A model generated the notes under the pieces. That model worked only from the letters and a program-made list of their open reading frames with translations, did no database searches and was not told where the DNA came from. This document shows, piece after piece, positions 19,231 through 28,344 of a stretch of DNA of 64,000 nt. Position numbers and translations under genes: made by a program. The DNA comes from Paraburkholderia sp. (lineage in GTDB: Bacteria; Pseudomonadota; Gammaproteobacteria; Burkholderiales; Burkholderiaceae): contig NZ_DASXHA010000141.1 in NCBI RefSeq assembly GCF_036488795.1, positions 2,825-66,824 of the forward strand, written 5' to 3'. How positions within the stretch are numbered: position 1 is the stretch's first letter; each line of letters starts with the position of its first letter.

Positions 19231-19707
19231 ATGCCTACATCCATGTCCATCAAGCTCGACGCCATCGATCAACGCATCCTGCGCGAACTGCGCGGCGACG
19301 GCCGCCTGTCCAACGCCAGACTGGCCGAGCGCGTCGGCCTGTCGGCCACGCCTTGCTGGAACCGGGTGCGTGCGCTGGAGGAAGCGGGGGTGATCGAAGG
19401 ATATGCGGCGCTGCTCAACCAGAAGGCGTTGGGTCTGCCCGATACCGTCATCATCGAGGTGACGCTGGACAAGCACGACGAACGCACGCTCGAGCGCTTC
19501 GGCGAGGCGCTTGCGGATTTGCCGGAGGTCGTCGAGGCGTTCCTCATCTCCGGCGAATACGACTATCTGATCAAGGTCGCGGTGGCGGGTACCGAAGGGT
19601 ACGAGTCGTTTTTGCGGCGCAAGCTGTACCGGCTGCCGGGGTTTCAGAATAGCCGCTCGACCTTTGCGCTGCGGTGTCTGAAGCGGTCGGTGTCGGTCGA
19701 GCCGTGA
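19231..19707 (+). CDS. Lrp/AsnC-family regulator
   Basis: LDAIDQRILRELRGDGRLSNARLAERVGLSATPCWNRVRALEEAGVI, ISGEYDYLIKV; divergent from the dehydrogenase; alternative start 19243. Confidence 0.94.
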   Translation: MPTSMSIKLDAIDQRILRELRGDGRLSNARLAERVGLSATPCWNRVRALEEAGVIEGYAALLNQKALGLPDTVIIEVTLDKHDERTLERFGEALADLPEVVEAFLISGEYDYLIKVAVAGTEGYESFLRRKLYRLPGFQNSRSTFALRCLKRSVSVEP

Positions 19708-20356
19708 GGGCCTCGAACGCAGGTTGCGTGATGCTGCACGGGCCAATCGAAGCGGTGCGAATCCTGCACCAGAATACCGTAGACGATTCCCTCTAGTTTT
19801 TGAACGCCCAATCCTGGCGGACTTTCAGCGTGATATAAGCTCGAAGCCAACCGGGACGCCGGGCATCCATACGGGCGCCTATCCAACGGTTCTTTTTGTA
19901 ATCAGATCAAGCATGTCGCATGCAGGTCGCAGAGGCGGCGCAGCGTTTCACGGAGCGCGAACCGTCCGCTGGCATGTGTTCTGCTGTTGCTGCCGTCGCC
20001 TCAAACCAGCGTGCCGCCGACACAATCGGCGCCGCACCCTGATGGAACTTTCAATATGGAAAGCGCCAAGATTGTGGCTTTAACGACAGGAAGAACGGTA
20101 AGTGAAACGTATGAAAATGGTATTGGCCGCCGGCATCGAAGCACCGGGTAAGCACCGACTGGCGCCGCAAGACCCGCACTACCCCACTACCCTGAGCCAT
20201 CCGCCCGCGCGATGGCCGCGAGACATCTCACCGGACACACCCTCGCACGCTGCCGTCCTGGCAGGGGCCGCTTGCCCCTCGGACTGATGCGAGCGTCGTC
20301 GTGCCACGGCATTGCCTTTCTTTTCCCCGTTCTCTCATCATCTCTCTGATCAGGCT

Positions 20357-21973
20357 ATGAAACTGTCGCGTTCTTGCAGTGCGGCGCTCGTTGCGCTCAT
20401 GTTCACATTGGCCGGCGGCGCGTCGGCGGTCACGGTGCCGCCCGGCGTCTCGCTCGCGGCGAAACAGGACATCACGCGCCAGGTGCCGACCGAAGTCGAA
20501 TCGCTCGACCCCGCTCATATCGAATCGTGGACCGGCAACACCATCGGCCTCGACCTGTTCGAGGGCCTCACGCGTCTCGACGCCTCGGGTGCCGTGGTGC
20601 CGGGCGTCGCGCTGTCGTGGACGCGCACGGCGCCGGACACGTGGGTCTTCAAGCTGCGTCATGACGCGAAGTGGAGCAACGGCCAGCCGGTCACTGCGGC
20701 GGACTTCGTGTATTCGTGGCAACGCGTGCTGGATCCGAAGACCGGTTCGAAATACACGATCCTCGTCGAATTCATCAAGAACGCCAAATCGATCATCGCC
20801 GGCAAGGCCCCGCTCACGTCGCTGGGTGCCCGCGCGCTGGACCCGTACACGCTTGAAGTGAAGACCGAAGTGCCGGCCGCGTTCTTCCCCGAGCTTGCCG
20901 CCATGGCGACGATGGCGCCGGTGAACAAGGACACGGTGACGAAGTTCGGCGACAGCTGGACGCGCCCCGGCAATCTGGTGAGCAACGGCGCATACAAGCT
21001 GACCACGTGGGAGCCGAACAACCGCATCGTGATCGTGAAGAACCCGAATTACTGGAACGCCCAGCACGTGGTGATTTCCTCAGTGACCTACGCGATGGTC
21101 GAAAGCGACGAGACGGCGATGCGCATGTATCAGTCCGGCCAGCTCGATTACACGTACGCGATTCCCTCCGGCATCTACACGCAAGTCGCGAAGCAGTTCG
21201 GCAAGGAACTGCGCACCGGCCTGCAGATTGCCACCTACTTCTACAGCCTGAACGATCCGGATCCGGCCTTCCGTGACCCGCGCGTGCGCCAGGCGCTGTC
21301 GATGGTGATCGATCGCGACCTGCTCACGTCGCGGCTCACGCAGGCAGGCGAAGTGCCGATGTATGGCCTGATCGCGCAAGGCACCAAAGGCGCCGACGTC
21401 TACAAACCGGACTGGGCGAGCTGGCCGATGCCCAAACGCATCGAGTACGCGCGCGGTCTGCTGAAAGCCGCCGGTTATTCCGACGCCAAACCGCTCACCT
21501 TCACGCTCACCTACAACACGAACGATCTGCACAAGAAGGTCGCGCTGTTCGCGACCTCAGAGTGGCGCACCAAGCTCGGCGCGAACGTCAAGCTGGAAAA
21601 CGTCGAGTACAAGGTGCTGCTGAGCGAGCGCCATGCGGGCAAGATCCAGGCATCGCGCGATGGCTGGTTCGTCGACTATAACGACGCCATGTCGTACTTC
21701 GATCAACTGCGCTGCGGCAGCGTGCAGAACGACCAGCAGTACTGCAATCCGCGAGTCGATGCGCTGATCGACCAGGCCAACGCCCAGCTCGACGACCAGA
21801 AACGCACTGCCCTGCTCACGCAGGCGCACAATCTGGCGATGAACGACACGCCGTTGATTCCGCTCTTCCAGTACTCGGCGGACCGGCTCGTGAAGTCGTA
21901 CGTGGGCGGCTATCTGCCGACCAACTATGTCGACCAGCGCGCGTCGCAGGACATGTACCTGCTGGCCCACTGA
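20357..21973 (+). CDS. oppA: Oligopeptide ABC transporter substrate-binding protein
   Basis: Signal peptide; ESLDPAH, DLFEGL, WVFKLRHDAKWSNGQPVTAADFVYSWQR (SBP family 5), LVSNGAYKL. Confidence 0.9.
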   Translation: MKLSRSCSAALVALMFTLAGGASAVTVPPGVSLAAKQDITRQVPTEVESLDPAHIESWTGNTIGLDLFEGLTRLDASGAVVPGVALSWTRTAPDTWVFKLRHDAKWSNGQPVTAADFVYSWQRVLDPKTGSKYTILVEFIKNAKSIIAGKAPLTSLGARALDPYTLEVKTEVPAAFFPELAAMATMAPVNKDTVTKFGDSWTRPGNLVSNGAYKLTTWEPNNRIVIVKNPNYWNAQHVVISSVTYAMVESDETAMRMYQSGQLDYTYAIPSGIYTQVAKQFGKELRTGLQIATYFYSLNDPDPAFRDPRVRQALSMVIDRDLLTSRLTQAGEVPMYGLIAQGTKGADVYKPDWASWPMPKRIEYARGLLKAAGYSDAKPLTFTLTYNTNDLHKKVALFATSEWRTKLGANVKLENVEYKVLLSERHAGKIQASRDGWFVDYNDAMSYFDQLRCGSVQNDQQYCNPRVDALIDQANAQLDDQKRTALLTQAHNLAMNDTPLIPLFQYSADRLVKSYVGGYLPTNYVDQRASQDMYLLAH

Positions 21974-22010
21974 TCGCTGACCATCGACCACCGAAGCAAC
22001 GAGATCCGTC

Positions 22011-22949
22011 ATGCTCGCTTACGCGCTGCGCCGCACCCTGTGGGTCATTCCCACCGTTCTCGCCGTCATCACCGTGTGCTATCTGATGCTGCACCTGACG
22101 CCCGGCGGCCCGTTCGATACCGACAAGCATCTGGCCGCGGCCACGCTTGCCAACCTCAACGCGAAATACCACCTCGACCTGCCGCTGTGGAAGCAGTACC
22201 TGCTGTATCTGGACGCGCTGCTGCACGGTGACCTCGGGCCGTCGACGCGCTACGTCGACTGGTCCGTCAACGACCTGGTGAGCAAGGCGCTGCCGGTCAG
22301 CCTCGGAGTGGGCGGCTTGTCCGTGCCGATCGCGCTGGTGCTGGGCGTCGCGCTCGGCACGGCCTCCGCGGTGCGCCGCGACGGCTTGACCGACCGCGTG
22401 GTGATGCTGCTGGGCAATCTCGGCAACGTGGTGCCGCCGTTCGTGCTCGGTCCGGTACTGGTGTGGATCTTCGCCATCCTGCTCAAGCGTTCGGACGGCC
22501 ATGGCTGGCTGCCCGCCGGCGGCTGGGGCGACGGCGGCTGGCACTATCGCGTCCTGCCGATGGCCCTGCTGGTGATCATCAACGTGTCGTCGATTGCGCG
22601 GGTGATGCGCGGCAGCATGATCGAGGTGCTGTCGGGCAACTTCATCCGCACCGCGCGCGCCAAAGGTCTGCCCGGCCACGTGATCGTGCTGCGGCACGCC
22701 ATGAAGCCCGCGCTGATGCCGGTGGTCTCGCTGCTCGGTTCGATCTGCATTTCGTCGATCACCGCCGCGGTGGTCACGGAATCGGTGTTCGCGCTGCCGG
22801 GTCTCGGCCAGCTGGTGGTGGACGGCGCGATCAATCGCGATTACACGCTGGTGCTCGGGCTCGTCGTGCTGACGACGGTCGCAGCGGTGCTGTTCAACCT
22901 GCTCGTCGATCTGGCCTACGCGTGGCTCGACCCGCGCATCCGCTACTGA
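22011..22949 (+). CDS. oppB: Oligopeptide ABC permease
   Basis: TPGGPF, HGDLGPS, FIRTARAKGL, AINRDYTLV. Confidence 0.92.
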   Translation: MLAYALRRTLWVIPTVLAVITVCYLMLHLTPGGPFDTDKHLAAATLANLNAKYHLDLPLWKQYLLYLDALLHGDLGPSTRYVDWSVNDLVSKALPVSLGVGGLSVPIALVLGVALGTASAVRRDGLTDRVVMLLGNLGNVVPPFVLGPVLVWIFAILLKRSDGHGWLPAGGWGDGGWHYRVLPMALLVIINVSSIARVMRGSMIEVLSGNFIRTARAKGLPGHVIVLRHAMKPALMPVVSLLGSICISSITAAVVTESVFALPGLGQLVVDGAINRDYTLVLGLVVLTTVAAVLFNLLVDLAYAWLDPRIRY

Positions 22950-23022
22950 GGCGCCCGCATTGGTTTCCCTGCGGATCATTTCCCTATAGCCAGCTTGCTC
23001 ACCGACATTTGCCAGCAAAGTC

Positions 23023-23931
23023 ATGAACTCATCCACTCCCGCCGCGCCCGCCGCCTCTACGGGCTCACCTGGCAACAGACCGCGTTCGCGTAGCCCGTTG
23101 GCGCTCGCGTTTGCCCACTTCCTGCGCAATCGCGCCGCGCTTGCGAGCCTCGTGATTCTCGCGTTGATCGTGCTGGTGTGTTTTGCCGGTCCGCTCTTCC
23201 TGTCCAACGACCCCACCGCCAATGACTGGTCCGCGATCAGCATTGCGCCCACGCTGCAAGGCCAGCACTGGTTCGGCACCGACGAACTCGGCCGCGACCT
23301 GCTGGTGCGCACGCTCGCTGGCGGCCGCGTGTCGCTCGAAGTCGGCTTGCTCGGCACGCTGGTGTCGGGGCTGATCGGCGTGGCGTGGGGGGCGACGGCC
23401 GGCTACATCGGCGGGCGCACTGACGCGGTGATGATGCGTATCGTCGACATGATGTACGCGATTCCCTACATGCTGATCGCCATCCTGATGATGACGCTGT
23501 TCGGCCGCGCCTTTTATCTGGTGGTGCTGACCATCAGCGCATTCTCGTGGCTCGATATGGCGCGCGTCGTGCGCGGCCAGACGCTCTCGCTGCGCACGCG
23601 CGAATTCATCGATGCGGCGCGCGCCACCGGCGTGAAGACGCCATCGATCATCGCGCGGCACATCGTGCCGAACCTGCTCGGCGTGGTGGTGGTGTACGCG
23701 ACGGTGACGGTGCCGGGCATCGTGCTGACCGAGTCGGTGCTGTCGTTTCTGGGTCTCGGCGTGCAGGAGCCGATGACCAGCTGGGGTGTGCTGATCAACG
23801 ACGGCGCGCAAAAGCTGGAGTCGATGCCGTGGCTGCTGCTCTGCCCGGCCATCATGTTGTGCGTCACGCTGTATTGCGTGAATTTCGTCGGCGACGGGCT
23901 GCGCGACGCGCTCGATACCAAGGAGCGTTGA
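23023..23931 (+). CDS. oppC: Oligopeptide ABC permease
   Basis: HWFGTDELGRDLLVR, EFIDAARATG, ESVLSFLGLG. Confidence 0.92.
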   Translation: MNSSTPAAPAASTGSPGNRPRSRSPLALAFAHFLRNRAALASLVILALIVLVCFAGPLFLSNDPTANDWSAISIAPTLQGQHWFGTDELGRDLLVRTLAGGRVSLEVGLLGTLVSGLIGVAWGATAGYIGGRTDAVMMRIVDMMYAIPYMLIAILMMTLFGRAFYLVVLTISAFSWLDMARVVRGQTLSLRTREFIDAARATGVKTPSIIARHIVPNLLGVVVVYATVTVPGIVLTESVLSFLGLGVQEPMTSWGVLINDGAQKLESMPWLLLCPAIMLCVTLYCVNFVGDGLRDALDTKER

Positions 23932-23932
23932 G

Positions 23933-24943
23933 ATGGGGTTGCTCGAAGTCAAGGACCTGGGCGTGCGCTTCACGCGCCGCGAAGGCGCGCCGGTGGATGC
24001 GGTGCAACGCGTGTCGTTCACGCTCGAAAAAGGCAAGACGCTGGGGATCGTCGGCGAGTCCGGCTCCGGTAAGAGTCAGACGGTGATGGCGTTGCTCGGC
24101 CTGCTGCCGGGCAACGGCCAGGCATCCGGCGAGGCGGTGTACGGCGGGCGCAATCTGCTGACGCTGAGCCCGCGCGAGATGAACCAGATTCGCGGCGACC
24201 GGATCGGCATGGTGTTTCAGGATCCGATGACGTCGCTCAATCCGTTTCTGACGGTCGAGCGCCAGATGACCGAGGCGCTGCAGCAGCACCGCGGCGTGTC
24301 GCGCCGCGAAGCGCGCCGCCAGGCGATCGCCGCGTTGCAGCGCGTGTGGATTCCGGATGCGGCGAAGCGGATTGATCGTTACCCGCACGAGTTCTCCGGC
24401 GGCATGCGCCAGCGCGTGACGATCGCAACCGCCCTGTTGACCGAACCGGAAATCCTGATTGCCGACGAGCCGACTACCGCGCTCGACGTCACGGTGCAGG
24501 CACAGATCATCGAACTGCTGCGCGAGCTGAACCGCGACCTCGGCACCGCGATCATTCTGATCACGCACGACATGGGCGTGGTCGCGGGGCTCGCCGACGA
24601 CGTCATGGTGATGTACGCCGGCCGCACCGTGGAGCGCGCGAGCGCGCAGGCGCTGTTCGAAACGCCGACGCATCCGTACACGCGCGGTTTGCTGAACGCG
24701 CTGCCGCGGATTCCGGATGGCGCGGACGAGATTGACGACGACGAAGCGCCGTTGCGCACGATTGCCGGCAACCCGCCGGCGCCGGGCGAGGCGATCGAAG
24801 GTTGCGCGTTTGCGCCGCGCTGCGCGTGCGCGACCGAGCGCTGCCATGGCACGCGGCCGGCGCTCGAGCCGATCACGGGGATCAGCGACGGATGGCGCGC
24901 ATGTCTGCGGCCGGTCACAGAGATTGCGGAGGTGGTGCGATGA
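23933..24943 (+). CDS. oppD: Oligopeptide ABC ATPase
   Basis: [40 protein letters not shown]. Confidence 0.93.
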   Translation: MGLLEVKDLGVRFTRREGAPVDAVQRVSFTLEKGKTLGIVGESGSGKSQTVMALLGLLPGNGQASGEAVYGGRNLLTLSPREMNQIRGDRIGMVFQDPMTSLNPFLTVERQMTEALQQHRGVSRREARRQAIAALQRVWIPDAAKRIDRYPHEFSGGMRQRVTIATALLTEPEILIADEPTTALDVTVQAQIIELLRELNRDLGTAIILITHDMGVVAGLADDVMVMYAGRTVERASAQALFETPTHPYTRGLLNALPRIPDGADEIDDDEAPLRTIAGNPPAPGEAIEGCAFAPRCACATERCHGTRPALEPITGISDGWRACLRPVTEIAEVVR

Positions 24944-26049
24944 GTGAAATGGCGACCCAGGGTGCAATCCGCAGTGAGGGCGGCACAGCAAACCCTCCGA
25001 TGCGCGGCGCGGCCGTTCCGGTGGTTTCAGGCGCAGCGGGCGAAACGGTGTTGTCCGTGCGCGACCTCAAAGTGCATTTCCGCGTGCCGCGCGGCGCTTA
25101 CCCATGGTCGAGCAAGGCGACGCTGCGGGCAGTCGAAGGCATCACGTTCGATGTGCGCCGCGGCGAGACCGTGGGGCTCGTCGGCGAATCGGGCTGTGGC
25201 AAGTCGACACTCGCACGGGCGATCGTCGGCCTCACGCCGGTGACGGCGGGCAGCGTGCGCTGGCGCGAGACCGAGACGGTGCGCGACGACGGCCAGCGTC
25301 CCGCGGCTGCAATGGAGCGGCTGCGCAAAGACGTGCAGATGGTGTTTCAGGACCCGCTGGCGTCACTCGATCCGCGCATGACGATCGAGCAGATCGTCGC
25401 CGAACCGCTCAAGGTGCAACGCCCCGGACTTGGGCGTGACGAGATTCATGCGCGCGTCGTAACGATGCTCGAACGGGTGGGTCTGGGCAAGCACCATCTG
25501 TCGCGCTATGCACATGAGTTTTCGGGCGGCCAGTGCCAGCGGATTGGCATTGCGCGCGCGCTGGTCGGTGAGCCGCAGCTGGTGATCTGCGATGAACCGG
25601 TGTCGGCGCTGGATGTGTCGATTCAGGCGCAGATCGTCAATCTGCTGCGTGATTTGCAGCGTGAGCTGTCGCTGTCGCTGCTGTTCGTCGCGCACGATCT
25701 GGCGGTGGTGAAAGCGATTAGCCACCGGGTGCTGGTGATGTATCTGGGACGCGTGATGGAGCTGGGGACGAAGCGCGAGGTGTATGGCTCGCCTCAGCAT
25801 CCTTATACGCGCGCTTTGCTGTCGGCGGTGCCGCGTCCGGATCCGGCAACCGAACGGACCCGCAAGCACGCGGTGTTGAGCGGCGAGATGCCGTCGCCGT
25901 TGAACCTGCCGTCGGGGTGTGCGTTTCGAACGCGCTGTCCGGAGGCAATCGGCGCGTGTGCGGAAGAGGTGCCGCTGTCGATTTCCCGCGGGACGGGGGA
26001 TCGGCGGGTGGCGTGTATTCGGGTCGGGACGGCGACCACTCCCGTGTGA
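24940..26049 (+). CDS. oppF: Oligopeptide ABC ATPase
   Basis: [33 protein letters not shown]; ATGA overlap with oppD. Confidence 0.92.
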   Translation: MSEMATQGAIRSEGGTANPPMRGAAVPVVSGAAGETVLSVRDLKVHFRVPRGAYPWSSKATLRAVEGITFDVRRGETVGLVGESGCGKSTLARAIVGLTPVTAGSVRWRETETVRDDGQRPAAAMERLRKDVQMVFQDPLASLDPRMTIEQIVAEPLKVQRPGLGRDEIHARVVTMLERVGLGKHHLSRYAHEFSGGQCQRIGIARALVGEPQLVICDEPVSALDVSIQAQIVNLLRDLQRELSLSLLFVAHDLAVVKAISHRVLVMYLGRVMELGTKREVYGSPQHPYTRALLSAVPRPDPATERTRKHAVLSGEMPSPLNLPSGCAFRTRCPEAIGACAEEVPLSISRGTGDRRVACIRVGTATTPV

Positions 26050-26052
26050 GAC

Positions 26053-26108
26053 GGTGTTGCCGCAAAGGTGTTGCTGCAAAGGTGTTGCTGCAAAGGTGTC
26101 GATGCAAA
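26053..26108. repeat. 14-bp tandem repeat x4 (GGTGTTGCTGCAAA)
   Basis: Units at 26053 (GGTGTTGCCGCAAA), 26067 and 26081 (exact), 26095 (GGTGTCGATGCAAA). Confidence 0.95.
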
Positions 26109-26139
26109 GAAAAAGCCCCGCTCAATGTGCGGGGCTTCT
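26106..26139 (-). terminator. Intrinsic terminator of ssb (possibly bidirectional)
   Basis: Stem AAGCCCCGC/GCGGGGCTT with an A-run on the left (U-tract on the minus strand). Confidence 0.8.
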
Positions 26140-26174
26140 CGATTCGCTCTGGTGGTTCAGCGGCCTGGAAGGCG

Positions 26175-26708
26175 TCAGAACGGAATATCGTCATCCATCT
26201 CATCAAACCCGCCGCCGGCCGGCGCGCTCGGACGGCTCGCACCGCCGCCGCTACCGCCGCGCGAAGCGCCACCGCCACCGCCCGACGCCACGCGGCCGCC
26301 ACCGCCGCCGCTACGCTCGGACGGCTCACCACGGCTATAACCGCCGTCGTCACCGCCACCGCCCATCGCGCCGCCGCGGCCACCCAGCATTTGCATCTGT
26401 TCAGCCACGATTTCCGTCGAATAACGGTCGGTGCCGTCTTGCGCTTGCCACTTGCGCGTACGAATCCGACCTTCGATATACACCGACGAACCTTTCTTCA
26501 GATACTCGTTGACGATCTCAGCGAGACGGCCGAAGAACGAGACGCGATGCCACTCGGTGGCTTCCTTCATCTCGCCGGACGTTTTGTCCTTGTACCGGTC
26601 CGTCGTTGCAAGGCGGATGTTCGCCACTGCGTCACCGCTCGGAAGGTAACGGACTTCCGGATCGGCTCCGAGGTTGCCGACGAGAATGACCTTGTTCACG
26701 GATGCCAT
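26175..26708 (-). CDS. ssb: Single-stranded DNA-binding protein
   Basis: [24 protein letters not shown], Gly-rich linker, C-terminal DDDIPF. Confidence 0.99.
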   Translation of the reverse strand: MASVNKVILVGNLGADPEVRYLPSGDAVANIRLATTDRYKDKTSGEMKEATEWHRVSFFGRLAEIVNEYLKKGSSVYIEGRIRTRKWQAQDGTDRYSTEIVAEQMQMLGGRGGAMGGGGDDGGYSRGEPSERSGGGGGRVASGGGGGASRGGSGGGASRPSAPAGGGFDEMDDDIPF

Positions 26709-26818
26709 GAGTTTCTCCTGTTGATTCCGTTGCAGGTGGCGCGGCAACGCACGTTTCACATCTCGAGGCCGGGGGGCCCGGGACCGAACTGCGCCTCAGC
26801 CGGCCACCGGTGAGTTTG

Positions 26819-28009
26819 TTATGCCTTCTTGCGAGGCGGTTGTTTCATGTTTGCCGCGATTATAAGCCAGCAAAATACCAGCCCCGAACAGGCGAAGAAG
26901 ACAGCACTCTGTCCATCCGTTTTCAAGAGCCAGCCGCCGATCACGCCGCCCAACGCAAGACCGATGGACTGGGTGGTGTTATACACGCCGGTCGCCGCGC
27001 CCTTGCGCGAGCCCGGCGCCAGTTTCGACACCAGCGAAGGCTGCGAAGCCTCAAGAATATTGAAGCCCAGAAAGTAGACAAACAGGATCGCCGCCACACT
27101 CAGAATGGTATGCGGCGCGACGCCCAGCAACAACTGTCCAATCAGGATAAGACCGATCGCACTGACCAGCACCATCTTCATCTTGGCGCGCTTTTCCGCG
27201 ACGATGATGGCCGGCACCATCATCACGAAGGCGAGTCCCATGACCGGCAGATAGACTTTCCAGTGCGCCGCGACCGGCAAGCCACCCGCCACCAGAATGC
27301 GCGGCACCACGAGGAACAACGCGGTTTGCGTGGCATGCAGCACGAGCACGCCAAAGTTCAGGCGCAGCAATTCGACGTTATGCAGCACTTCCGAAAACGG
27401 CGCGCGCACATGCACCGGCTTCGGCGCGTCCGGCACGACCCACAGCACCACGCCCACGGCCAGAATCGAGAAAATGCCGACCAGCGTGAACAGCCCGCTC
27501 ATGCCGACCCACTGGAACACGATCGGCGCGCCCACGATCGCCACCGCAAACGACACGCCTATGCTGCCGCCCACCATCGCCATCGCCTTGGTGCGATGCT
27601 CTTCGGAGGTAAGGTCCGCAATGAACGCGAGCACCGCGGAAGATACCGCGCCCATGCCCTGAATCACCCGGCCGACGATGATCCACGTCATATCGTGCGC
27701 GCCCGCCGCGACGAAGCTGCCGAGCGCGAAAATCAAAAGCCCGATCGCGATCACCGGCTTGCGGCCGATCTTGTCCGAAATCCAGCCGTAGAAGATGTAC
27801 AGAAGCGATTGCGTCACGCCGTACGCACCGAGCGCGATACCCACGAGCAGCACGTTGTCGCCGCCGGGGATCGTCTTCGCGTAGATCGAGAACACCGGCA
27901 TGATCATGAACAGGCCAAGCATGCGCAGCGCAAAAATGCCGGCGAGCGACACGGTCGCGCGCAATTCAGGCGCGCTCATGCGTGAGGATGTTGCGGACGG
28001 ATTGGACAT
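26819..28009 (-). CDS. MFS transporter, YajR-like
   Basis: FALRMLGLFMIMPV, WISDKIGRKP, ~12 TM; typical position between ssb and uvrA. Confidence 0.9.
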   Translation of the reverse strand: MSNPSATSSRMSAPELRATVSLAGIFALRMLGLFMIMPVFSIYAKTIPGGDNVLLVGIALGAYGVTQSLLYIFYGWISDKIGRKPVIAIGLLIFALGSFVAAGAHDMTWIIVGRVIQGMGAVSSAVLAFIADLTSEEHRTKAMAMVGGSIGVSFAVAIVGAPIVFQWVGMSGLFTLVGIFSILAVGVVLWVVPDAPKPVHVRAPFSEVLHNVELLRLNFGVLVLHATQTALFLVVPRILVAGGLPVAAHWKVYLPVMGLAFVMMVPAIIVAEKRAKMKMVLVSAIGLILIGQLLLGVAPHTILSVAAILFVYFLGFNILEASQPSLVSKLAPGSRKGAATGVYNTTQSIGLALGGVIGGWLLKTDGQSAVFFACSGLVFCWLIIAANMKQPPRKKA

Positions 28010-28344
28010 CGGGAACGTAGTTTGAATGAACGAGACGGCTTGCCGTCAGACGAGCTCGCAAGGTGAAACACGCTGGGTAAAGTGCCGCGAGGCGGCATAC
28101 CGTAGCGCGCCTACCGTCGGGCGGCCCGCCGTGAGCGGCCGGCACCGGTAGCAGGCACTTCCTGCCGCCTTGTAGTCGCGAAAAATGGCCCCAGCTGGAA
28201 CCCATTCAACACGGCGCTCGACCGCTGCCTTACAGTCTGCCCGCGCCTCTTGCGCGTCGTCAGGAAGCCGTAACAGCGGTCTTGAAAAGTCGTTATAGTA
28301 GCAGGTTTAGCCTCTTCCTCTTTCCGCCAGCTCATGGCCAGGTA

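Noticed and set aside
26053-26108. Possible CRISPR array
   Set aside because: Units are 14 bp and contiguous, with no spacers and no cas genes.
26210-26390. CCG-rich repetitive DNA
   Set aside because: Encodes the ordinary Gly-rich linker of SSB.
28010-28344. LexA box upstream of uvrA
   Set aside because: No CTGT-N8-ACAG match found by eye.
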